A stretch of DNA of 64,000 nucleotides from an uncultured Planctomycetota bacterium (GTDB taxonomy: Bacteria > Planctomycetota > Phycisphaerae > Tepidisphaerales > Tepidisphaeraceae), in assembly GCA_963841915.1 (NCBI GenBank), contig CAWJEN010000006.1:1088001-1152000 (forward strand), in the 5' to 3' direction. A program made the translations under genes and the position numbers. Shown one piece after another: positions 48,987 through 58,600 of the stretch. The notes under the pieces were generated by a model. That model worked only from the letters and a program-made list of their open reading frames with translations, made no database searches and had not been told where the DNA came from. Position 1 is the first letter of the stretch; each line of letters begins with the position of its first letter.

Positions 48987-50096
48987 TCACTCGATCGCGA
49001 TCAGCTGGAACGTCACCGTGGGGGGAGACGTCAACGGCTCGACATCGTCCGGAAGCTCCAGCACCATTTGACGCTGGATCGGCTGGTTCAACCGAAACTG
49101 GTCGTCGGCGAGCAACGGCAAATACGCCCGCGCCTCTTCCTGCGACGACACGTTCTGCAGCGCCTCGATCGTCGAAACCGGCCCACGCACTTCGATGTTG
49201 TTCAGCACCGTGTTAGGCAAGTCGAACTCGACGCGATACTTGCCCTCAAAACCACCGGGCTTGCGGACCCAGATCGGGACTGCTCGCAGCACCACTGTCT
49301 TGAGTTCTCGCTCCCGCCGTTCGAAGATGACGGTCGCGGTCGGCGGGTTCAACGTGATGAGGTCTGCCGCGTCGCCGAGCCGTTGGCGAACCTCTGCCGA
49401 CAGGCTCAGCCGCATGATCTCCTGTCGCTCACCCACCGCTACATCGCTCGGAAGCGGCGCCACAATCGCCCCAAGACCGGCGGCTTCAATGACTGCCACC
49501 GCCGCTAAGGGGCCGGACACGCTCACCGTCGGCGGGTCGAACTGCACATCGCCCACAAGCTCGCTTGCAGGTAGCTCACCGCCAACCGCAAGCGGGATGC
49601 TCTTGCTGATAACCGATTCAACAGCTACCTCCACGACGGCAGGCACGACGTCCGACACCGTCACGCCGGCCTCGGCAAACAGGGGTAACTCATTGAGCTC
49701 CCGGCGGAGATCGACGGTGACTTGATCGTCCTCAGGCAAATCCAGCGCCAGCTCCAGGCCGTTGACGTTGCTCTCGCTGAGCTGCCGGGCAACGTCCTGC
49801 AATGCGCCACGTGATCCGCGGAGGGTCAGCGTCGTCGACGGGCTGCCACGCAAGCCGCCGTTGTACGTCAGGAGCATCTGCGGGCTCTCGTGACGCAGCT
49901 GGACCGTCACGTCCGGCACGACCTGCTCGGTGATCTGCTGCGTCTGGGCCCATACCCACAACAGCAACGTCAACGGCAACGTCCAGGCCAGCGTCTGGCC
50001 GACCTCCAGCAAGCTTCGCTGCGTAAACCAGCGCCCGCGCATCATGCGACGCCAGCGCCCGCTTGCACCGCTCTTGCTCGAGGGTGAGGTGGTCAT
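48987..50096 (-). CDS. CdaR/YbbR-like regulator of diadenylate cyclase
   Basis: TM helix (LLLWVWA), repeated P..V.V.GP motifs, and an ATGA overlap downstream of cdaA. Confidence 0.7.
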   Translation of the reverse strand: MTTSPSSKSGASGRWRRMMRGRWFTQRSLLEVGQTLAWTLPLTLLLWVWAQTQQITEQVVPDVTVQLRHESPQMLLTYNGGLRGSPSTTLTLRGSRGALQDVARQLSESNVNGLELALDLPEDDQVTVDLRRELNELPLFAEAGVTVSDVVPAVVEVAVESVISKSIPLAVGGELPASELVGDVQFDPPTVSVSGPLAAVAVIEAAGLGAIVAPLPSDVAVGERQEIMRLSLSAEVRQRLGDAADLITLNPPTATVIFERRERELKTVVLRAVPIWVRKPGGFEGKYRVEFDLPNTVLNNIEVRGPVSTIEALQNVSSQEEARAYLPLLADDQFRLNQPIQRQMVLELPDDVEPLTSPPTVTFQLIAIE

Positions 50097-51088
50097 GCCG
50101 CCTCCTCACGCGTCGGCTCGGGCGGCGGATCGGTCTTGCCGCCCATCGGCTTGATCTCGCGGATCTCCCGCTTCTTCTTCGGTTTGTCAGGTTCCGGCTT
50201 GGCCTTGGGTTTGGTCGATGGCTCTGCCACGGTTGCAGGCTTGGCAGACTCGACCTTGGGCTTGGCCGGTTGGGAACCAGTTGAAGTGGCGACGCTGCGG
50301 TTGAGCATCTCCTGGAGCAACGCTTCCAGCCGCTCCATCGGCACCCGGCGGTGTAGCTGCCCACGCTCTGCGATGCTGATGTCACCCGTCTCTTCACTCA
50401 CAGCCACCACAATTGCGTCCGTCTCTGCGCTAAGCCCGACTGCTGCGCGGTGCCGACTGCCGAGCTCCTTGGGCAAGTCACCACTCTCTGCCAGCGGAAA
50501 CTGCACACCTGCGAAAGCCAGACGCCCGTCCCGCAAGACCACACCCAGGTCGTGCAGCGCCGTATTGGGGTGAAAAATGGTCGTCAGCAACGCCGATGAC
50601 ACCTCGGCATCGATCCGCGTCGCGTCCTCGGCCATGTTGGTCAGCGTGTCGTCACGCTCCAGGGCAACGAGGGCTCCGACGCGCCTGCGACTCAGGACGC
50701 CGCAGGCTTTGACGAGTTCGCTCACCTCGTCATCCACACCGCTCCTGCCACGGAGCAGTCGCGTTTCGCCCAGCCGCATGAGGGCGCGACGTAGCTCCGG
50801 CTGGAAGACGACAATGGCTGCGAAGCTGGCGTAGAAGAGGAATTGACTGAAGAGAACGTTGAGTCGTGCCAGGTCAAAGAACCCGCCCAACAGGCTCACG
50901 CCGAGGTAGAGCGTGATGAGCAGGACGACGATGCCCTTGAGCACGCGAACGCCGCGGGTGCCCTGCAGGAATCGAATGACCCAGAAGACGACCAGGCCGA
51001 TGAGCAGATTTTCGAGCAGGAACTGCCACAGCGGCACGCCGCGGGCGGCGGTGAAGAAGTCGGTCAGGCTCGTCAGCGCGTCGTTCAA
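50093..51088 (-). CDS. cdaA: Membrane-bound diadenylate cyclase CdaA (DisA_N domain)
   Basis: Three N-terminal TM helices, FQPELRRAL, GAL...ER, LHD(LG), LGSRHRAA.G and VSEETG.IS. Confidence 0.9.
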   Translation of the reverse strand: MNDALTSLTDFFTAARGVPLWQFLLENLLIGLVVFWVIRFLQGTRGVRVLKGIVVLLITLYLGVSLLGGFFDLARLNVLFSQFLFYASFAAIVVFQPELRRALMRLGETRLLRGRSGVDDEVSELVKACGVLSRRRVGALVALERDDTLTNMAEDATRIDAEVSSALLTTIFHPNTALHDLGVVLRDGRLAFAGVQFPLAESGDLPKELGSRHRAAVGLSAETDAIVVAVSEETGDISIAERGQLHRRVPMERLEALLQEMLNRSVATSTGSQPAKPKVESAKPATVAEPSTKPKAKPEPDKPKKKREIREIKPMGGKTDPPPEPTREEAA

Positions 51089-51144
51089 GGTAAAGCCTGC
51101 ATGAGCCTAGCCCACGCGAAGCGCTTCCCGCCGAACGACATCGG

Positions 51145-51471
51145 TTACGTAGCGGCCGGTAATCGGTGGACGACGAACCGCATGAGCAGCACTGCCCCAC
51201 CGATGGCGATGAGCCCGCACAACAGCAGGAACCACCCGATCGACGGCTCCCCGAACTGCCAGGCCGAGCCTTCACCGGCGAGCAGGCGGATGAGGCCGAT
51301 GAGCGTCAGGAGCACGCCGAGCACGATGCAGGTCGGGATCGTCGTGCGTGCCGACTTGATCGCACCCTGCATCGAGGCCTCTTTCCGCTTGGCAGCGATG
51401 GCCTTGGTCCCGGCCGGGGCGGCGGGACGGGCCGTGCGGGTCGAAGGCGTCGGGCTCGCAGGACGTGGCAT
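51145..51471 (-). CDS. Small membrane protein (two TM helices)
   Basis: 108-aa ORF with two hydrophobic segments that fills the gap upstream of cdaA. Confidence 0.55.
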   Translation of the reverse strand: MPRPASPTPSTRTARPAAPAGTKAIAAKRKEASMQGAIKSARTTIPTCIVLGVLLTLIGLIRLLAGEGSAWQFGEPSIGWFLLLCGLIAIGGAVLLMRFVVHRLPAAT

Positions 51472-51617
51472 CGCACCACCTTAGCTCCACAACCACGTCT
51501 ACCACCGGCACCAACCGCGCTGCCACCGGGCATCATCCGGCACGAGGCACACCCCCGTCGGGCTTGCGGGACCGTCTTTGGCACCCGTGGCACGACCGTT
51601 GACTGGTGTGGGTCGAC

Positions 51618-51965
51618 ATGAACCGACCTCACGACACCGCCGACGAGTTCAACGCCTTCAACGCCGCCGATGCCGACCGTCCTGCCGGCGACATTGCCGC
51701 CGGAAAGCTGGCTTACCAGAAGACCCTCGACAAGCTCATCGACGAGATCGACGCCCTGCCCGCCCCCGAACGCGACAAGCTCCGCAGCGTCGCAGACGAA
51801 GCCAGCGAACGGCACAAGCGACTCGTCCAAACTGTCGGAAAACTTCAAGAGACGCTCGACTTTCTGCGGGTGGGCGTGAAGTACCTCGTCTTCGACATCG
51901 AAGCGACCAAACGCGAAAACAACTACCTCCGCAAGCTCCTCGATGAAGCCAGCGGCGACGACTGA
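51618..51965 (+). CDS. Conserved hypothetical coiled-coil protein
   Basis: LDFLRVGVKYLVFDIEATKRENNYLR motif; strongly GC3-biased codons. Confidence 0.75.
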   Translation: MNRPHDTADEFNAFNAADADRPAGDIAAGKLAYQKTLDKLIDEIDALPAPERDKLRSVADEASERHKRLVQTVGKLQETLDFLRVGVKYLVFDIEATKRENNYLRKLLDEASGDD

Positions 51966-51990
51966 GCCGCCGGTGACCGAACCATCTGCC

Positions 51991-52443
51991 ATGCCGAGCG
52001 TCCAGCTGAAACTCAAACGCCTGCCCGGCGGCGTCGGGATCGACCTGCCCCAGCGCATGACCGACGGCGCAGCCGGCTTTGACCTGGCCGCCGCGTGCGA
52101 GGGTGACGTGACCGTTGCGCCGAGCGCGATCGTCAAGATCGCCTGCGGCTTCCAGATGTCGCTGCCCTTGGGCTACGAGGCACAGGTCCGCCCGCGAAGT
52201 GGCCTGGCGAGCCGGCACGGCATCGTTCCCGTCAATAGCCCCGGCACCATCGACGCCGACTATCGCGGCGAGGTCATCATCCCGCTCATCAATCTCGGCA
52301 GCGAGCCGTTCGTCGTCACCCGCGGCATGCGGATCGCGCAGATGGTCATCGCACGCGTCCCACGCGTCAGCGTCGAAGAGGTCGACGAACTCGATACCAC
52401 CGACCGCGGCAGTGACGGCTTCGGCTCGACCGGCGTTGAATAA
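51991..52443 (+). CDS. dut: dUTP diphosphatase
   Basis: AAGFDL, VRPRSGLA, NSPGTIDADYRGE, RIAQMV and RGSDGFGSTG. Confidence 0.96.
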   Translation: MPSVQLKLKRLPGGVGIDLPQRMTDGAAGFDLAAACEGDVTVAPSAIVKIACGFQMSLPLGYEAQVRPRSGLASRHGIVPVNSPGTIDADYRGEVIIPLINLGSEPFVVTRGMRIAQMVIARVPRVSVEEVDELDTTDRGSDGFGSTGVE

Positions 52444-52495
52444 GACGTGCGCCGCGGCGGCCAAATGGGGCGGCCGATCGGCCAAAGCGGTCGAA

Positions 52496-52511
52496 TGTTC
52501 CACGTGGAACA
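52496..52511. promoter_or_regulatory. parS centromere-like site
   Basis: TGTTCCACGTGGAACA with the same TCGAA..TC flanks as the site at 25755. Confidence 0.9.
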
Positions 52512-52516
52512 TCGCC

Positions 52517-52547
52517 AACCCCCGCCACGCCCTGCGGCGGGGGGTTT
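52517..52547 (+). terminator. Possible terminator hairpin downstream of dut, between the two parS sites
   Basis: AACCCCCGCC...GGCGGGGGGTTT. Confidence 0.5.
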
Positions 52548-52565
52548 GTCCTCAGCCGAGCGTCC

Positions 52566-52581
52566 TGTTCCACGTGGAACA
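52566..52581. promoter_or_regulatory. parS centromere-like site
   Basis: TGTTCCACGTGGAACA. Confidence 0.9.
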
Positions 52582-52770
52582 CGGTCCGCCAGTACAGCAT
52601 TTCAAGGCGGCGGGTCGTTCGCCGTGCAGGCGAGGTACGCCGCCGATTGCGGTCGCAGTGCGCTACCCGCGGGTCGCGGTACGGTCCATTGCGCTGCCGA
52701 AACTGTTGCGCCGCCGCGGCCGCGGCCGCGGCCGCAACCTTCGTGTTCGTTGGGCGTGAATACTGGCACC

Positions 52771-54177
52771 ATGGACAGGCGTCTTCTCATCGTGCTGGCG
52801 TCCCTCGCTGCGGCCTCTCCGGTCTTGGCCGAGCCGACGACGCGGCCGATGACGCCGAGCGAATTGGTTGCGGCGGCGAAGGCCGACCTCGCCGCCGCCC
52901 GCGCCGACGCCGAGGCGGCGGGCATCGCGACGACGCTCGAGTCGTTCGCGGCGAAGATCGAATCCGTGCCGCCGGAGCGAAACGCGGCCATCGAGTTCAT
53001 GGCCGCGGCGAAGGTGATGGATGCGATCGAGAGCATGGCGTGGCAGGCCTGGGAGGAGCGGGAAGGTGAACCGACCGCCGCCGATTGGGATCACGCTCGG
53101 CAGGCGATGCGGGACTTTGAGCCGGTGCTGGCTGCACTCGCGGGTGCCGATGCCAAGCTGCCGCCGGCGGTTGAAGCGGCACGCGGTGACTTCGGAATCA
53201 ACTGGCAGGAGGCAGATGAAAACCTGCTCATGAACATTTCCTTTTCGGAGCTCAGCGGCCAGATGGGGCTGTCGGCGTTGCTCGGGGCACAGGCTCAACT
53301 CGCAGCGCATGACGGAACAGGCAGCGACGTCGCCCTGCCGCTGCGTCGGCTGCTCGGTCAGGCACGGGTGGTCGAGGACGGGCACCTCAGCCTCGTCGGC
53401 CACCTCGTCGCCATCGGCTTCGAGTCACGGGCGGCGAACGTAGTGCAGGATGCTGCGGCCACGCTTGCTGTCGGAGACGCCGACGACGAGATGTCGCCGC
53501 AGGACGCCCGACTGCTGGTAGAGCTGTTGCTCAAGAACGACGACGCCGGGCGGTTTCGCCAGGCCATGTCGATGGAGATTCTCTTTCAGCAGAACGCAAT
53601 CGATTACCTTCACAAGCATGGCTCGTTCGACTTCACGTACAGCGGAGCGGCCGGCGAAATTACGGCCGGTGATCGCCTGCAAGCGATGTTCATGCGGCCG
53701 TATCTCTGGCGGAACGCAGAAACAATGCTTCGGCTCTCGCGGTCGATGATCGACGACGCCAACCACGCGGCCATCGGTCAGGCTCGGGCGGACGTGGATG
53801 AGCATGCGGCCGAAGTCGACGCGGTGCAGCAGAACCCGACGCTGCTGTACGCCGCCGTGTTGATGCCGAGTCTCGACCGAAGGCTCGTGACGAACTACCG
53901 CGGCAGAGCCCACAAGGCCCTCGCCGCCGTCGGCCTGGCGACGGCGATCTACCGGGCCGATCACGCCGACGCCCTGCCGCCGACGTTGGAGGCGTTGGTG
54001 CCGGACTACCTGCCGGCAGTGCCGGTCGATCCGCTCGGCGATGGCCAGCCGTTGCAGTACGACGCTGACCGCGGCATCGTCTGGTCGGTCGGCGACAACG
54101 GCGTCGATGACGGTGGGACGCCGGATGATCATCCGTTGCTCGAGGATGCCGACCTGGTCGTGCGGCTGCGGCCTTAA
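52771..54177 (+). CDS. Secreted hypothetical protein with a pseudopilin(GspG)-like C-terminus
   Basis: Signal peptide MDRRLLIVLASLAAASPVLA and C-terminal YRADH..LP.TL..LVP.YLPAVP.DP..L.Y..WSVG.NG.DDGG. Confidence 0.72.
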   Translation: MDRRLLIVLASLAAASPVLAEPTTRPMTPSELVAAAKADLAAARADAEAAGIATTLESFAAKIESVPPERNAAIEFMAAAKVMDAIESMAWQAWEEREGEPTAADWDHARQAMRDFEPVLAALAGADAKLPPAVEAARGDFGINWQEADENLLMNISFSELSGQMGLSALLGAQAQLAAHDGTGSDVALPLRRLLGQARVVEDGHLSLVGHLVAIGFESRAANVVQDAAATLAVGDADDEMSPQDARLLVELLLKNDDAGRFRQAMSMEILFQQNAIDYLHKHGSFDFTYSGAAGEITAGDRLQAMFMRPYLWRNAETMLRLSRSMIDDANHAAIGQARADVDEHAAEVDAVQQNPTLLYAAVLMPSLDRRLVTNYRGRAHKALAAVGLATAIYRADHADALPPTLEALVPDYLPAVPVDPLGDGQPLQYDADRGIVWSVGDNGVDDGGTPDDHPLLEDADLVVRLRP

Positions 54178-54198
54178 TTGGCAGGTCGTGCTGGCATC

Positions 54199-54306
54199 TG
54201 GTGCCACGGTTTGAGCCGCCGTCTGCGGCGGGCAACCCGTGTCGGGTCTCGGTACATCACCGACACGCGTTGCCCGCATCAGAATACGGCTCAAACCGTG
54301 GCACCA
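54199..54306. repeat. Long nested inverted repeat (MITE/REP-like) between convergent genes
   Basis: TGGTGCCACGGTTTGAGCCG (54199-54218) pairs perfectly with 54287-54306. Inner arms are GCGGGCAACCCGTGTCGG / CCGACACGCGTTGCCCGC. Confidence 0.78.
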
Positions 54307-54382
54307 ATCTTCCACTTACGGTCGAGTTCTGTCTGTAAAGGTGCGTTGCAACGTGGCTTCATGATGATGTCGTCATACCGCT

Positions 54383-55519
54383 TTAGCTCGTCAGATCAAG
54401 GTCTTCGTAGATCGCTTTGTTGATGGCGAGTTGGCGTTTCTGGTGGACGAGTTCTCCCGGCAGGCCGGTGGTGACCCAGGCGGCGACGAGCTTGTGCTGC
54501 GGGTCGGCGAAGGCACAGGATGACTGGTTGCCGCTGTGACCGAAGGTGTCGGCAGAGGCGTGCGGGCCGTAGCCGTACGGGATACGGCGGCCGTCGGCTG
54601 AGGCGGCGAGGAAGCCGTAGCACCAGTCGATGGTGGCCTTGAACGTCTGGTCCTTGAGCCCCGACCGCTGGCGGGTGGTGAACGTGCGGGCAACGTCCTG
54701 CGGCAGGACGGCGGTGCCGGCAAGGTCGCCGCGGTCGACCAGGAGTTGCTCGTAGAAGCGGCCCAGGTCACGGGCCGGGCCGCGGGCATTGCCGCCGGGA
54801 CGGCAGAGCGTGTGGCCCTTCTCACTGTTGGGGAAGGCAAGGGCTTTGGGTTCTTCTTTGCTCGTGTCGAAGGTGACGGCCGAGTCGGTGCCGAGATCGA
54901 CGTACTGATGCCGGGTCATGCCGACGAAGCTGCCCGCCATGCCGAAGGGCTCGAAGACGCGCTTGCCAATGAGTGCAGAGACGGCGGCGTCGGTCGCTTC
55001 TACGCCTGCGACGACGCGGCAGACCTCGGCCAGCATGTACCAGCCGCTGGCGACGTGGTAGCCGGCCGCTTCTCCGGGAATCCAGTCGGGTTCGAGCGTT
55101 GCGGCGCAGACGCGGTCGATGACGCCCGCCCACGGCTCGGGGCTCCAGTTGCTCGAAACCTGGCGAAAGCCGCCGGTGTGCGTCAGCAGGTGGGCGACGG
55201 TGACGGCCTCCTTGCCGCCTTGTGCGAACGCCGGAATGAGATCGGCGACCGGCGTGTCGACCTCGAGCAGGCCGTCGCCGACGAGGCTGGCGGCAAGGAC
55301 GGCTGTGAGCGGCTTGCCGGCACTCATCCAGAGGACGACGTGCTCGGGCGTCAAGGCGATGCCGGGCCTGGCGGTGCCGAAGGCGGCGTCGATGAGGGTT
55401 TCACCGCCGACCGAGACGTAGAGCTGGCCACCGGCGTGCAGGCCTTCGTCCATGCCGGCTTGGAACGTGTCGCAGACGGTTGGGAGTCGTTGGCGGATGG
55501 CGTGCCAGGCGTCTTGCAT
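54383..55519 (-). CDS. Serine hydrolase (class C beta-lactamase/esterase family)
   Basis: SxxK (MSAGK), LLTHTGG, PG...GYH and FGHSG motifs. Confidence 0.9.
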   Translation of the reverse strand: MQDAWHAIRQRLPTVCDTFQAGMDEGLHAGGQLYVSVGGETLIDAAFGTARPGIALTPEHVVLWMSAGKPLTAVLAASLVGDGLLEVDTPVADLIPAFAQGGKEAVTVAHLLTHTGGFRQVSSNWSPEPWAGVIDRVCAATLEPDWIPGEAAGYHVASGWYMLAEVCRVVAGVEATDAAVSALIGKRVFEPFGMAGSFVGMTRHQYVDLGTDSAVTFDTSKEEPKALAFPNSEKGHTLCRPGGNARGPARDLGRFYEQLLVDRGDLAGTAVLPQDVARTFTTRQRSGLKDQTFKATIDWCYGFLAASADGRRIPYGYGPHASADTFGHSGNQSSCAFADPQHKLVAAWVTTGLPGELVHQKRQLAINKAIYEDLDLTS

Positions 55520-55547
55520 GAAGGGACGGTATGTGAAGGACGCAAGG

Positions 55548-55580
55548 AAAAAGGCGAGGCCACCGGAGTGGCCCCGCCTT
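55548..55580 (-). terminator. Rho-independent terminator after the giant surface-protein gene
   Basis: Minus strand AAGGCGGGGCCAC-tccg-GTGGCCTCGCC-TTTTT. Confidence 0.75.
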
Positions 55581-55608
55581 GGGAACTGATTGAAGTTGTC
55601 GGCGAGGA

Positions 55609-58600
55609 TCAGCGACGCAGGATGTCGCCGAAGATGTTGCCGTCGACCTGCAGGTCATCGATCTGGTCGGCCTCGATGACCGCACCGTCTTCGACGTCGC
55701 CGCCGATGAAGAGCTCGTCGATGTCGTCGGTCGCCCGGACGTAGACGCCGCTGAGGACATCGCCACCGACGCTGAGTCGGCCGATGGGAGCGTTGGGCTG
55801 TGCCGCACCGCCGGCACGAATGGTGGCCTCGGTCGTCGGCAGGACGACGGCAGAGCTGTCGGGTGCTCCGAGGTCGCCGACGATGTCGATGCTGTCGATG
55901 CTGGTATCGGCGCGGATGACACCAAAGACATCGCCCGCGGTGACGCTACCGATGGAGCCGTCGGGGCCCTCGGCCCGCAGGAACGTGTCACCGAAGATGG
56001 CCCCGCCGACGTCGACCGTTTCGAAGCGTCCGGAGACGCGGAGCAACGTGTTGATGAGGTCTCGGGCGGCGTCGACGTTGTCGACTTCACCGGAGGTGCT
56101 TTGGAAGCCGAAGGTGCTGATGACGTCGTACGTTCCGATGTTGCGGCCGAAGGCGACGCGGTTCGGGAAGTCCGGGGAGTTGGGGTTGAAGCCGCCGATC
56201 CCCGACGCGTCTTCGATGAAGTCCGCGGCGGCCAGGACGGAGTTGAGGTTACTCCGGGTGACGCTGGCGGTGTAGCTGCCCAGGTCGCGGGTGCCGGAGA
56301 TGTCGGTGTTCTCGATAACGCCCGTGTTGGTCACGCGGCGGCGGGAATCGACGCCCTGCGGCAGGCCGAGGCTGCGACGCACGTCATTGGCGGGAGAAAT
56401 CTCCCGGCCGGTGAACGGATCAAAGTCGAAGCCCTGATCACCCAGACGTGTGGTGACAGGCAGACCGGCGATGCTGCTGAGGTTTGCGTCGCCGTTGGCG
56501 GCGATCGTGTTGAGCGTCTGACCGGCGTCGATCGAGACGTTGCGGATGCCGACGTTGTTGTTGGACTCGATCTGGTTGATCACGCCTTCGGTCACGGTGC
56601 CGATGTCGGTCCTCATGATGCCAAAGCCGTCGTCGATGACGATGGAGTCGATGTCGGTGAAACCGATGCTCGTCCCGATGATGCCACCGTTGGTGATGCG
56701 GATGGAATCAAGCTCGTAGAACGGATCTTGCGGCAGGTCATCGGATTCGGTGAGCGTGGTAATTTCACCGTTGAACTCGATGCCGCGTTGGAAGGAGAAG
56801 GCACCAGATGTGGTGAGGTCAGGCTGGAAGATGTCCGCACCGATGATCGAGCCGTTATCGAGCGAGATCTCGTTGATTTCGTTGGTCGAGATCTCACCGC
56901 GGATGTCGGCGTTGGAGCCGGTGATACGGGTGATGAAGCCCTCGGCGTAGAGACCGGCGCGGCTGACTTCGCCGCTGCCGTCGTCGGCGATGCCCTCGCC
57001 GATATCGACGAAGCGGATTTCGCCTTCGATCTCGTCGGCCGTTTGCGGCGACACCGCGACGATTGGGCCGGCGATGCCTTCGAAGCTTTCGACAAGGTCA
57101 CGTCCACGGCCCAAGGCGTTGAACTCCTGGCGGTCGCCGCCGAAGGCGTCGGCACGGATGGAACCGATGACGCCACGCAGTTCACCGATCCGCGGGATGC
57201 CGATGCCGTTAAAGCCGCCGACGTCCTGGATCATGGTGGGCTGACCGAACGCGTCGAAGCCGGCGCGATTGGTGTTACCAATACCGTCGCCGGCGTCACC
57301 GGTCGGCTCGAGTCCGGTCAGGGACTGCGTACCGCCTTCGACTTCGCCGATGCCGAAGTCGCCACCGACGTAGATGTTGCCGACCGAATCGGCCTCGATG
57401 CTCACGATGCTGCCTTCGACGGCGATGAGGTGAGGCTCCAGAAGGAACGGGGTCTGGGCACCGGCGTTGAAGCTGCGCGGTGCGGCGATATTGAGTTCGG
57501 CTTGGCCGCGCGTTTGGGCGATGCCGACACGCGGCGCCCGCAGTTCCCCGATGCTCGTCAGCGTTGCCGAGAGGATCTCACCGGAGGAATTGTTGACAAG
57601 GCGACTCACACGGCCGTCACCGACAGGCGATCCACTATCGAGGCCAGACGGCTGGACGTTGAACAGGTCGACAGCTCGGCCTTCCAGCAGCACTTCGACA
57701 TCTTCAAGACCGTCATCGAAGTCGAAGAGGTTGGTCGGGTTGTTGTCCTGCAGCTGGAACTGGAGCTGGTTCGAGAACCCGTCGTTGACGTTCTGCTGCG
57801 TGACTGGTCGGCCGTTGATGCCGGTGAGGAACAGGTTGCCGAGTTCGGAGGTGGTCCGTTCGCCACGGTCGAGGTTGGTGACGGTGACGCTGCGGTCGGT
57901 TCGCAGGCTGACGAGGATGCTACCGCCGCTCCGGACCGGGTAGGTCAGGACCTCGAGCGTGCCGTTCTCGATTGAAGCGTCTTCGGGACTGTCAACAACA
58001 GGATCGAAATTTGGGTTGGCGACGCCTTCGTCAGGTTCGATGCGGACTCGGGTACCCGAGTCGTCGGTGAAGTCGAAGCTCTCGCCACGCCGAACCTGCA
58101 GGAAGCTGTCGCCGGGTGTACTGCCGAAGAAGCCGTCTCGGATCACGACGGCGTTTTCGCGAACGTCAAAGTAGCGGAAGTTGCCGTTGGTTCCGACATC
58201 GATGGCCGGTCCCCCGACGACGGTGCCTGCGCCGTCGTTGTTGGGGTCGCTGAACCCGACGTTTCCACCGAGGCTCAACATGTCGACGAAGCCGTCGTCG
58301 TTGATGTCATCGATGTTGACGAAGATGCGGGAGTCGGGCAGTGAGAAGTTGGTTGCTGCCCAGTCACCGCCTGCGACGATGGAGCCGATCCCGCGGCCGA
58401 CGACGAAGTTGCCGTAAACGTCGCGTGCTGCGTCGACGACTTGAATGTCGTCACCTGCCGTGGCTTCTGTCGGAATGGCCAGGCCGAATTGGTCGGTGCC
58501 GTCGTCGAAGAAGTTGACGAAGACGTCACCACCGAACGCGCCGCCCGCATTGCCGGTCGCCTGCAGGCGGCCGATGCTGTGGCCGATACGGAGCGTCACG

